From the NCBI GenBank assembly GCA_030265395.1, contig JARFYF010000017.1, positions 34,342,229 to 34,406,228 of the forward strand: a stretch of DNA of 64,000 bases. Reading direction: 5' to 3'. Numbering within the stretch: the stretch's first letter is position 1; each line of letters opens with the position of its first letter. The translations under genes were made by a program, and so were the position numbers. Below the pieces are notes generated by a model. The model saw only the letters and a list, made by a program, of their open reading frames with translations, was not told the origin of the DNA and made no database searches. The stretch comes from Rhina ancylostomus (Eukaryota). Shown here piece after piece: positions 39,289-50,925 of this stretch.

Positions 39289-42200
39289 CTGTGCATCAGG
39301 ATAGAACAGGTGAAATTGCACTTGACCCATTGTCATCCAACTGAATGTACTATGTGGTACATCATCCAAGCCCCCAGCCCGCCCCAGCACACTACTGCCT
39401 GTACTATTGTTCTTCTGTTCATTCATTGCAAAGCAGCAACTTTCATTTCAAGAAACCCAGGGAATAAAAACAACTGTTACCACGTTCACCAGAAACTCAC
39501 TATTGTTCCTCACCATCACCTAATTGTACGAGCTTTTTGCAGCTATGTGATTAACCTTTAACAGAGAGACTCCATCTTGGAAGGAGCATGGTGAATTGAA
39601 TGGAATCCAAGATATCCCAAATAGATATTATGCAATAGTTCCAATGCAGAAAGCACCCTCATTTCATTTAGTGCACACGTGAAACTCTAAACTATAGCCA
39701 AATAAACCATGGACAGTTGAGTGTACAAGTGGAAAATTAAAGTCTTCTCCAGAATGACTACAAAAACACAAAAATTTAATGTCAATTCCACAGATATGAA
39801 AGAAGGTAACAGCACTAGACTTTGCTACTCCCAATACATTTGTCTGGCTGAATCAGGTGCAAAAGAACAGTTACCATTTTACATCCACATTATGAAAAAA
39901 AGGCAAATTACATAAAAGAATGACTATTCTGTGTGGGGCAGTTAAAAGTATCTGTTTTAAGTTCTCACTACAATCAAGTAACTCATTTTATGAGCATGCA
40001 TTTCAGAAAACAAATCACAGGCCTAGGATTTTCCATTTCATGCAGGACATCCTACCAGTGGCAAGGAATCTAAATATTTAAGTATTGGTAGGCTATTTGA
40101 CAGGCAAATCACTAAACTCAAACTTCTATTTCCATAAAGGACACAGAACAATTATTCATAAAAGGAACCCTAACTGAATTTTATATTCCAATTTCATCAA
40201 GGTTACTTGGTGACCATGTGCCTTTCTGGCTTGAATATACTTTTAAATTAAATTAACATTTTCACTTTTCAAAATTCATCTTGTAATAGTTCAATGAAAA
40301 TACAAGATCAACATTTTCTGGTCTAATTATTAGAACGTATTCAGATATTGGTCAGATTAAGACCAACTTCTGACAATATTTTGGTCTGCATTATAACTTG
40401 TGCAACATCATATAAAATAAAATTTCAACAATAATCTTACAGCATCTCCAGGCTGCTCATGCCTCACTGTGGAATCCAGTGCTGTAGTGACTTGCTCGCT
40501 TTCTGTGGTGCACTTCAAAGGGTGAAAAGAACTTCAATAGCTTTTTAAAAATAATCTAAAAGAACATATTCCACTCTCTTCCTGGCTTGAGAGTGAAGTC
40601 ACAGGAACATGCTACTTTAAATAGAATCATTTCAGCAAGGTTGAATTCATTAACAATCACAAATTGCAGCTCAGCCAATGAAAATACGCCAGAAATAATC
40701 CTGCTGAGCCATTTGTTAAACTGCTAATGAAGCACTTAATGAGCTGAAAGCTATAAAGCGTTGCTAATGCTACCATGTAGTGTGCATGCCTCTGTTGTGC
40801 TCTTCGCACTGCACCCACACCCCCCCCCCAAAACCCTTTGGTTGGCTCAGCTGACTGTGTGGGAAATTCAGCATACCCAGAAGGCACCTGCTTTGCCACT
40901 TAACCCTATGTTGCCAGCCATACTTTCAGTGAGAAAACTATACAGACCATTAAAAGTAGAGTTTTGTGCTTGTCATTTGATAGAGTTTATCAACAGTTCT
41001 GAGATGTAGAGTTATTACAGATTTGTAAACTGGTGATGATAGTGTATGATAGATCAAGACATACCCCAACATATGTCAACTGGTATAAGAGAGCTGTTTC
41101 GTCCAGCCAAATAGAAAATAGAATCGGGTTGCACCACTGGGATTTGGGATGCCTTCAAAGCTAGTTTATGATAACTGCAAAAATTTCATCCTTTTTGTCC
41201 CAAGTAATAGTGCTGAGGGATTAAACTGAGTACAGGGAGAAATATTACATTTCACTTTCCTCTTTCCCTATTTCCTTTCAAAAATACTGCACATAAAAGT
41301 ATCAGCAAAACATGTTTTGCATTTTATAAGCAGCACAATGACCCACATTTTGCATGATCTCTTGGCTCGATATTGTTGTGCAGTTGCCTATAAAAATCAG
41401 TGTGACATCAGGAATTATTCATTAACACCACACGTTCATGCACCTATTTCTTAACTCAAAATTATCCCTAAAAGACCAATAAATAATTCAAAAATGTATG
41501 ATAAAATACTGCTGATTAACTTTTTATTGTTACAGTTACAGAAACAAAGTTAATAGTTAAAGTAGCAACCAGTTCCTGTGCTCATTTCAGTCTCTTTGAT
41601 TCATTGCAACTTGAAGATACATATGGTGCTTCATAATCTTAGACTAAGTGGCTATATTGCATAAATATTATTAGTAGTATTCTGATCCTGTGTACTTAGT
41701 CTTCCACAATGCAATATATTATTCTTCAATTTCTGCTTTCCATGTGAAGAGACATTGTGAGCATGCCTGTTTTATGTTAAATTAATATCATAGCAATCCA
41801 ATGATAGTAATGGTATACAGATCACTCTTGCATCATAATTGCTTGAGATTTTCTTTAAGCCATGTGATACTGTGTACATTTGTTTCAGCCATTTCTATGC
41901 CATACCCATCCACTCATAACACTCTTTACACTTCCATGCATTCTTTTTGTGGGGTTTAGTTCACTTTCCGCACTGACCTCTCCTATCTAGTATTTCAATT
42001 CCATTGCTGAGCAGGTTAGACAAATCTTTGCCTTGGGAAGAAAGGAACTTAGGAACTCCCCCTTAACTGCACTTTAACAAGGTCACAATAGGCGACGCTG
42101 AACCTTTCCAAAACCTGTCAGTTACCACTTACAAAGACTACTTCCAAAATGAGGTAATCTAGGGAGGAGAACCATGGAGAAACAGTGGTCATTTCTTTCT

Positions 42201-42361
42201 CCACATGTTGCCTCAGTTTTCAGAGTCTATAAATATAGCATGATAGTTCAACCCTCAAATCATTATCAAATATAAAATATAAAACTAAAAGCTGCTATTG
42301 GTATTATTAACGTTAAAGTCTCTTTTTGGTAATACCAATGGGATTGTGAAAAAGTATCTTA

Positions 42362-42650
42362 TGTTGCAGCACATGTAAAATTGGCTATGAATGATGATTG
42401 TTGCTTTAAAGCTGTCACTGTTTAAAGATTGGGTTGCAATAATATTTTATGGAAAGCTCCAGAGACAGTCAATGAAGAGTCCTTGAATAAATCATGGGCA
42501 GCACAGACAGGGTGGGCCAAAGGGTCTATTTCTGTGCTTGTGTAACTCTGTCATACCTTGTTTGACCTCCTATGTCTCAAGTATCAGTCTGCACATTCTG
42601 GAACGTACTTCATTAGAGGTTAAGAACTGACTAGATACACATACTTTACA
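42362..42650 (+). repeat. 5' LTR (interrupted by a CR1 tail at ~42493-42552)
   Basis: TGTTGCAGCA...TACTTTACA. Shares ATTGGGTTGCA, GAAAG.T.CA.AGACAGTC, CTTGAAT and GGTTAAGAACT with 46799-47036. Confidence 0.8.
42493..42552 (+). mobile_element. CR1-type 3' tail inserted in the 5' LTR
   Basis: GGCAGCACAGACAGGGTGGGCCAAAGGGTCTATTTCTGTGCTTGTGTAACTCT; absent from the 3' LTR. Confidence 0.75.
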
Positions 42651-42697
42651 TTCTTCCATATCCTCATATCCTTCACACATATGAGAATATGGAGGAA
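42651..42697. repeat. 47-bp hairpin flanked by TTACA direct repeats
   Basis: TTCTTCCATATCCTCATAT / 9-nt loop / ATATGAGAATATGGAGGAA (17 of 19 Watson-Crick pairs). TTACA at 42646-42650 and 42698-42702. Confidence 0.8.
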
Positions 42698-42931
42698 TTA
42701 CATCCACTGAAAGTGACAAAGTTGTTGTGAATGTTGAGTGACTACATGACTGCATTGATACAGTCAAAATCAGGTAATCAAGTGTAATTAATTGTGAAGT
42801 TCATGACTAATTGTATCAAGATTGAGGTACAGCTTTGGGCATGAGGAAAGAAAAATGAGGAAGAGCCCGGAAAATAGTTGCACATGAAAAGTCGAGCCAT
42901 GCAATTGTCTTAGTCAATAGAAAATGGAAGG

Positions 42932-43340
42932 TACTGGTATTGGTTTATTATTGTCACTTGTACCGAGGTACAGTGAAAAACTTGTCTTGCTTACCATTCA
43001 TACAGATCAATNNNNNNNNNNNNNNNNNNNNNNNNNNNNAACAGAATACAGAGTAAAGTGTCACAGCTACAGGGAAGTGCATTGCAGGCAGACAATAAAG
43101 TGCAAGGTCATAACAAAGTAGATTGTGAGGTCGAGAGTCCATCTCATTGTATAAGGGAACCATTCATTAGTTTTATGACAGTGGGGTAGAAGCTGTCCTT
43201 GAGCCTGGTGGTATGTACCCTCAGGCTCCTATATCTTCTGCCTGATGGGAGAGGAGAGAAGAGAAAATGACCCAGGTGGGTGGGGTCTTTGATTACACTA
43301 GCTGCTTCACTAAGGCATCAAGAGGTATAGACAGAGTCAG
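42932..43340 (-). mobile_element. Rex1/Babar-type LINE 3' end nested in the Gypsy element
   Basis: Minus strand encodes ..IIKDPTHLGHFLFSPLPSGRRYRSLRVHTTRLKDSFYPTVIKLMNG, followed by a 3' UTR ending GTGACAATAATAAACCAATACCAGT. Confidence 0.9.
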
Positions 43341-44454
43341 TCATGTACTGGTAATATTGAACACTTTGGTGGTTTACAAGACACAAAAGGCCTTCAGTTC
43401 AAACACTGAAAAGGTGGATTTTTTTTCCAGGTATTCTTGAAAAAGAGGATGAGGGCAAAAATGCTTGTTATGGAACTATTCACAAATGCAAGAGACTGAT
43501 AGGTACAATAGGTCCGGATATTTAAATGATATTCACATACTTACTTATGACCTGTGGGAAAATTGGTGTCCCATTTAACAAAGTAATCACATCAACCCTG
43601 TGCCGTCAGAGGATGTGGAAAGTTAACCTATTAGGAGAAAGAATTAGTAGCTATATAATTTCTCTGAATGTTCTATTACAACATCATAACTTCAGTGCAC
43701 TTCTGGATCAAATTTTGAAAGAGTAGACTCATCGATGATCATATCCAGTCCAAGTTACTTAACACTATAAATTTAACATTTGATTGGGCTTGTAGGATTG
43801 CTATCGCAATGGAAATGCAGAGGAATTTCAACAGGTACAGAACATTAGTTTAAAGGCAGTATATGGACTAGTAGCAGATACAGATCTCCAACACTGAGTT
43901 GTGGGCACATGACCACAAATGGTACAATAAGTGAACTTGGCAGGGTTCCCTACTATTGCAATGTCCCCTATCCACAGCACAAAGATTTGGAAAAACAAGT
44001 TGGAAGTAGCAGAAGTATTCACAAAACTGGATCAGTTCCCATGTTTATGCCCAGTTCAATACTGGTGAAAAATATTAACACAACTTGACAATTAACATGC
44101 AGAAGAAAGTGTTCTTGTATGGCAAACTACCATGTCGGACAAAATTATCACCCAAAAATTTCCTTGTAACAATGAATAAGATGCTACAAGGGATCCACTG
44201 CAGTTTGATTTTCTAATTGCAACAATCATTGAGAAAGCAAACTTTCAGGTATTTGAAGAACCGTTTAGAAAACTGCAGTAATACAATGTAAAACTTATGC
44301 ATAACTGTTGTTTCGTGCAAATAATGGTAATTAATGTAGAGATTTTAGAGTAGCAGCCTGTTACACAGAAAGTTGAGTCCATCAACAGAGCCAGAAAACT
44401 CTCTGCTCATGTTTAGGTTGGATCCAATGCTATTCCAGATTTCTGCCAGACCGA

Positions 44455-44752
44455 GCCACAATCCTGACCTTGGGTGCCATCTGTGTGAAGTTTGCACATT
44501 CTCCCTGTGACCACATGGGTTTCTTCTGGGTACTCCTGTATCCCCTCCCACATCCCAAAGACATCTGGGTTGGTAGGTTAAATGGCCACTTTAAATTGTC
44601 CCTGGTGTGAAGGTGAGTGGTAGAGTCAGCGGGATTTGATAAGAATAAGCAGAGAATAAAAATGGGATAAATGTAGGATTAGTGTAAATGGGTGGTTGAT
44701 GGTTGGCAAATAGTTAGTGGGCTGAAGAGTCTATTTCTACTTTGTATCTCTA
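44455..44752 (+). mobile_element. HE1-type V-SINE (5' head truncated) nested in Gypsy RT
   Basis: V-domain CTGTGTGAAGTTTGCACATTCTCCCTGTGACCACATGGGTTTC..GGGTACTCC..CCTCCCACATCCCAAAGAC and CR1-like tail GTGGGCTGAAGAGTCTATTTCTACTTTGTATCTCTA. Confidence 0.9.
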
Positions 44753-45359
44753 AAACAAAACTCACTTCAGCAACTGCTAAAGAAAGACAAATGATGACAG
44801 TGGAGTAAAGACCAGCACAATGCTTATGATCTGTGTAAGAAAAGTGAATTGATTTTGCTGACAACCATGATTTACTTGCATTGCTAATCACTGCACAGAT
44901 ACCCTTGTTGCAATACATGTAACTAAGGAGTTGGGGCACTGGTCAGTCATGTCACGAGCAATAGCCAGTTCTGCAGCTCAAAGCAAAAATAATCAAACTT
45001 TGAGAAGGAGGCACTGGAGATATGTATTTGTAGTTGCTAGGCTTCCTCAATACTCGCTTGGCAAATCATTCACACTAATCACTGATCACAAGCCACTGAA
45101 GGGCATTTCAGGACAGAAATCTGTTATGCTCATGATGGCAGCATCAAGGATGTAGAAGTGGGCCAACTTTTTGCCTCAAAATGACGATAACTTTGAACAT
45201 AGGGTACTCAAGCAGAATACTACAGGATATGCCTTGTGAAAAAAACAAACATATATTCTATAGGTACTGTATTAGGAGATGGCTTTCCCATCCCAACCAT
45301 GGAAAAAGCTAAAGCTAAACAGAGACACCCTGCCTTGAAGGAAGAGCATGAATATATAT

Positions 45360-45690
45360 GTGGAGAGGATGTTCCCATTAGTACAAGAGTCTAGGATCTA
45401 AGGACACAGTCTCAGAATAAAGGGACATCCCTTTAAAATTGAGATGAGGAGGAATTTCTTCAGCCAGAGGTGTCACACTGTNNNNNNNNNNNNNNNNNNN
45501 NNNNNNNNNNNNNNNNNNNNNNNNNNNNNNNNNNNNNNNNNNNNNNNNNNNNNNNNNNNNNGGTACGAGGGATAAAAGTTATGGGGAGAGGTGGAAGAAT
45601 GGAGTTGAAAATAATCAGCCATGATTGAAAGGTGGTGCAGACTCGATGGGCTGAATGGCCTAATTCTGCTCCTATATCTTATGATCTTAA
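45360..45690 (+). mobile_element. CR1-type LINE 3' end nested in Gypsy pol
   Basis: GAGTCTAGGA..AAGGACACAGTCTCAGAATAAAGGG..TTTAAAATTGAGATGAGGAGGAATTTCTTCAGCCAGAGG, and tail GACTCGATGGGCTGAATGGCCTAATTCTGCTCCTATATCTTATGATCTT. Confidence 0.9.
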
Positions 45691-46785
45691 TATATATGGA
45701 TAGATTCAGATACAGCTCTGAAGTGAAGCTATGACACCTTGTCATTAGCAGATTGTATGAACTGTCCCCCAACTAAGGCTGGGTGAAGTGGCAGCAAAGG
45801 GTAGTGATACAGAGGAAGGTTATTGAAGAATTTTATAAGACATGGACACCATGAATATGAAGGCATTGACTAGGAAACATGTCTATCGGCTGAGCTTTGA
45901 CAACAATGCTTACTAGTAGATTAATCATATATTAGAACTGCAGAACATAAACTTGTAAAGAACCACAAGACTATTCCCATGGGTTGATATAGGTTATTGT
46001 AATAACCATTCAAAATGCCAGAAGTAAAGCAAATGCAGTTAAGTTCTATCATAGGACATAAAATGGAGGAGTTAAGACCTATTGTTATCACAAATGTTCC
46101 TGATGATAACGGTGAACTATTTGGATCACTTTAGCTGGAATGATTCATGCACTGAAGAACTAGGTTATGGAAGGCGTATGGGAGACTATCATAACACATT
46201 GACTTGCTGCAATTCTCCATGCTATGGGAGAATGCCACATTCCATGTCAAGATTTATTTCCGCTGAAGTGATAAAGAATAGAAGACTGTGAACACAGTTG
46301 CATCTCAACCAATTCAGTATGGAAAGGAAAGAGAAAGAGTGGAAATTAAAATGGGGAAAGCATCATGATACAAACTGCAAAGAGGTTTAGTCTGCATGAC
46401 AGACTTTGTGTCCAAAGTTTTCCCAGCAGGCCAGAGACATAGAAATAGTCCAGATATACAGGCCTCGGAATTCTTCGGTGAAATAGCAAATTCTTTAAAG
46501 TCCCTGTTGATCACTTAATTCTGGAAAACAATACCTTGAAGAATAGCAAAGAAGCATGCGAGATTAAAGATATTTCACAAGTGAGTCCAAGTGTTGTCCA
46601 AGAGCAGTCAATAAGTAATATTTCTGACGAGAGTCGGATTAAGAGAAAATTATGAAATCCAGAGATGAATGATACTCCAACAACACCGTCAACACAAGTG
46701 ACAGTACCACCACTGCAGAGATCACAGAGATCAAAAAACAGTGACTTACCTAAATTTATAAATACATTAAAACAGGTTTTTTTTT

Positions 46786-46798
46786 GAAAAAGGGGAAA
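46786..46798 (+). promoter_or_regulatory. Polypurine tract
   Basis: GAAAAAGGGGAAA immediately before the TG of the 3' LTR. Confidence 0.8.
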
Positions 46799-47036
46799 TG
46801 GTGTAGTATAAATAATATAAATTACGAACAATAACTGTTACATTAAGGCTGTGACCCCCTTAATTCTTATTGGGTTGCACCGTGCTTTTAAGAAAGTTTC
46901 AAAGACAGTCTGCAAACAATTCTTGAATGAACTACACAGACTTTGTTCAAGATCCCCATTCCTCTTGTGTATGTGTGTACATTCTACAATGGACTTTATT
47001 AAAGGTTAAGAACTCAGTGAGCACATATACATTACA
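46799..47036 (+). repeat. 3' LTR
   Basis: TGGTGTAGTA...TACATTACA, 238 bp, colinear with the 5' LTR once the CR1 tail is removed. Confidence 0.8.
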
Positions 47037-48764
47037 GTGATGATCAGTTTCAGCAGTGATTAGTTAGCTAATATTTAATGAAATGCATGCATGGAAGTAG
47101 ACCTTGAGAGTAATACCATCAAACGAGCTTGTCAGGAAGATGAGAATTTAGACTGAAACATACATATGTCAGTGATGATATTTAGTGCGAATGTCTCCAG
47201 GCTCCACTTTGAAGACCGATTTTTCTTTGCTAGTCAAGTGTTTCTCCAGTAAACATTTGGATTGATTTTCCTGAGCCATTAAATAAAAGATGCTTAAGAT
47301 TGAGTAATGTATGCAATAGGAAACAAACTAAAGTTAATTATTTCTTAATAACTACCATGCTGCTATTGTATTTTACCACAGCTGCTTTGCATTTTTATTT
47401 TTTATGCTGAATCCCACAACCCAACTTACAGACAGTAAGGCATGAGGGCTACATCAAGGCTCCAAAATGTGAAGTCACAAAGCAAAAATGATGCCTTTAT
47501 TAGCTGTAGGTCCGGATTGCAACTTGCAGCTTGTTTGCGTGTATTTTCAGTGACAGTTATGTATTACTATTTTTCCTATTGTCATGGATTCTTTTGCTTC
47601 CATACGTAGAAGGGTTTGTGCACTTTGATACGAAAGGCTTCTGTGGTGGTCCTTGTTCCCTTGGTGGTTAGGGCAAGGCTGATTAATTTCCCAAATGATT
47701 ATTTTTGACAAAATGAAAAATTAAACAAAACAAAGGAATACTGAGAAAAAAAGCTGGCAAAGAATTTTCCTCAAATGGTATAATGTATGTAAAGCAGGAG
47801 TCCAACATTCAGCTTAAAATGGATGCTCTATGCCCTGACTTAAGGAACATGAACATCACAAATTATCACAATGAAAACATTTTGAGAGCCCAGACTTGTA
47901 CTGAGAGGAAAAATGGAACACAGATAGAGGAAGCTGATAGTATCAGCTGCAAAGGGGCTTTGTTTTTTCAAATGATGTATGATTCCTGAGACAGGCTTAG
48001 CAAACAAATTACTGCCTCTATCCACTCTGGGAGAGTATTTGGGTACTTCAGGACAAACCACAGTTAGACAAACAATGTTATAAGTTGGTACCAACTCAAA
48101 AAGCTATGAACAATGACTTATTCACTGTGTATCACAGGAAATACTGCCTTAAGTATTAATTATAGTTTAAAATGGGTAATTTATTATTTCATGAGTCTCT
48201 GGAGTAATAAGCCTACTGTTCAGACTTTACTGCAGAAAGGTTTTGTTCCAAAGGATTTCTTCGTGGTAAATAGTCTATTAAACCAGTGGATGAGCTTAGA
48301 ATTTGTCAATCGCTGGTTGTTCCAAATTTAGTCAGATCTGCAAGCATACTGGTTTTATTTAAGTTTAAGAAAAATGAACCTAGATGTGAAAGATGAAGAA
48401 ATGATGACAGTCAATTTTCTTGTTTTATGGGATGGTATGGATGTGAACATGTTCTCAATCCCACAGCAGTTCCTGCTACAATGTAGTACCGGTTGTGATC
48501 CATAAAGCCCTGATGTATGACACACTGCAATTCATACCATGAAGCTTTATAGGGGCAATGGATTATATGGTTCATAGCTTGCTGGAGTTACCATTGTACT
48601 ACAACATCTGAAAACAGTTATATACGAGTAACAAATTAATTCTTAAAATGACTCAATGAAAATGTCATCAGAAAGAAAAGAATGCTTAGGCAGAAAGTCA
48701 TTTTTTCCAGTTGATGATCAAAATCTGCTTACTTGAATTAAAATAGATTGATATGCTATTGCAG

Positions 48765-49042
48765 TAATAATAATATCAGAGCAGCAGTTCTTGAGTTGCG
48801 AGTTCAAATTGTACCATGGCAAGTTATGAAATTTAATTCAACAAATCTAGTAATTTGTGTGCTTGCACCATAAAATCAACCATGAAAGCTTTAGGATTTT
48901 TTGTGCTAATACCCTTTAGGGAAGGGAATCTGGACTGACCTATACATAACTTCAGTTCCACAACATGTGGCTGACTTATTTAATGCTATCTGAAGTAGCC
49001 TAGTAGGTCTGCTGGTTGTCAGGACAAGTAAAGGTGAGTAAA
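48765..49042 (+). mobile_element. Degenerate tRNA-derived SINE (third family), tail shared with the LINE family at 57960/63925
   Basis: B-box-like GAGTTCAAAT, body ACCATGAAAGC...CTAATACCCTTTAGGGAAGGGAATCTG...CACAACATGTGGCTGACT, tail CAGGACAAGTAAAGGTGAGTAAA. Confidence 0.65.
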
Positions 49043-49045
49043 TTC

Positions 49046-49375
49046 ACATAGACTTATACAGCACAAGAGCAGGCCCTTCAGCCCACTGCATCTGTGCTGA
49101 CCATCAAGCACCCATCTATACAAGTCCTATTTTCCTCTTGCATTCCCATTAACTACCCACCACTGACTTTTTCTCGTACCACCCACCGACACCAGGGGCA
49201 ATTTATAGTAGCCAAATAATCTCCAATCAGCACATCTTTGGCAACGTGGGAAGAAGCCCACATGATTGTAGGGAGAACATGCAAGCTCTACGTGGACAGA
49301 ACCCCAAGGTCAGGATTGAACCTGGGTCTCTGGAGCCGTGAGGCAGCAGCACTAACTGCTGTGCAACTGTGCCAC
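49046..49375 (-). mobile_element. Near full-length HE1-type V-SINE
   Basis: Minus strand has head GGCACAGTTGCACAGCAGTTAGTGCTGCTGCCTCAC, B box GGTTCAATCC (49313-49322), V-domain GCTTGCATGTTCTCCCT, and tail GCACAGATGCAGTGGGCTGAAGGGCCTGCTCTTGTGCTGTATAAGTCTATG. Confidence 0.92.
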
Positions 49376-50925
49376 TAAACCAGCAATCAAATGAAACGTA
49401 AGAAGAAATCAACCTTCTGCTCATTTCAGACTTCTCAACTTTTCAAATTATTCTTAGATTTTACTTAGATGATTGTGCTTAAAGATGTAAATTGTAGAAA
49501 AATATGTCCGAGGTATTTATTGAACAAAAAACCCAGAAAATTAAGTCCAAAATTAAAAACCTAATTAATGCACTATTGAGCAAAGAATGATGTAAATGTA
49601 TGAATATTTTACCCAAACTGTGGCAGATTTGCTCAGGAATCTGCAAATTTCCATAAATATCATCTCCAGTGAGTCATTGAGATTTGTAAATAATACATAA
49701 TATTCAAGAGAGGATCACTGTGCTATATAGCAGTCTTCCTAAGAACATAATATCCAACAGAGAACATAGAGTGAATAATTTAATGCGGCCAAGTGTTGCA
49801 GCACCTTAGTTCCACAGGTCATGTCAACATCCTTGTCCAGTCTTAATTTTCCCATGGTAGTTGCTACTTTCCCACAATATGTAAAATTATGAAGGATGTT
49901 TTTGTGCTGTGCCCCTTGTGAATTATTTGGATCGTGGGGAAACTTCTCTACATCACTGAACCTTCCATGACCCTGACAAAGCAAAGCCTGAGTGCTACTG
50001 TAACAACCTGTCTATTATTCTACTTCCACCCCCATTCCCTGTCTCGACCACTTGTCTCTTGTCAGTGAAACTTTGTGAAACATTCAGTATGCCTGTAATT
50101 TTATCGAGTGTCTGAAAGGCCTTGTTTTCTTTTAAATTTAAAGGCTACTGTTTCAGCCTGGATTACATTTTGAATTACAGTATTTTAATCAATATTATGG
50201 GCATATTAAAAAAATGTCCACCTGTTGGCCCTTCTGACTTTGTTTAATGAGATTTGCTTTTATGAAGACATAAATATAACAATCCGTAAGCACAAATCAA
50301 AAAGAAGTGTATTCTTACACTGCGCAGTTGTAGGAAAATACACTGTTTACACAGCTTAACAAAGTAGAGGTTTATGGCAGAACATTTCTAGGAAGCACCA
50401 ATTTGCTACAAAATCCTTCCCCAAAGACCATTTGAACATCACTGGTAATGAAATGTGTATTTGCAGTTTAAACTGCTGTGGGGGCCTGGTTGCCATTATT
50501 TACTTAAGTAATTGAGAGCATGGACTAGCTGTTGCAGTGTATTATGATGCTGGTCTTTCACATTTGAAGTGCTTACATTGAAGTTGGTCCAGATCCCTTC
50601 TCTTTTATAGTTTTTCAATGACAGAACATCTATGACAAGCTGCCTCTTCAAACTCCCTCCCTTCAACTCACACATGATGTCCCGCTAATTGTTTCCACAC
50701 ACATCTTAGAACTACTCAGCTTTCTTTCCTGGCTCCATGCTTGCTGGCACTGCTGGTAACACTTTCTTACTTAGGTGTTGATCATTTTGCCTTTACTAAC
50801 CCATCATTATCTCTCTCTCTCAAAAATCCTCTATTAACTCTTACAACCACCACTTAATTTATACCTTTCCCTTTGTTACCAAGGTCCCTGGATGGTTGTC
50901 ATGGTGACTGTGATATTTACCTCAC

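Larger units (their letters stand above)
42362..47036 (+). mobile_element. Decayed Gypsy LTR retrotransposon with both LTRs and nested insertions
   Basis: gag DDHIQSKLLNTINLTFDWACRIAIAMEM (~43735-43820); RT VFTKLD..LTINMQKKVFLYGKLP..SPKNFLVTMNKMLQGI (~44000-44200); RNase H QYSLGKSFTLITDHKPLKGISG...MAASRM*KWA (ORF 44931-45155); integrase Zn region MKALTRKHVY (~45855); PPT and paired LTRs. Confidence 0.88.

Noticed and set aside
49313-49375. tRNA-like A/B boxes as a tRNA gene
   Set aside because: This is the tRNA-derived head of an HE1 SINE and continues into the V-domain.
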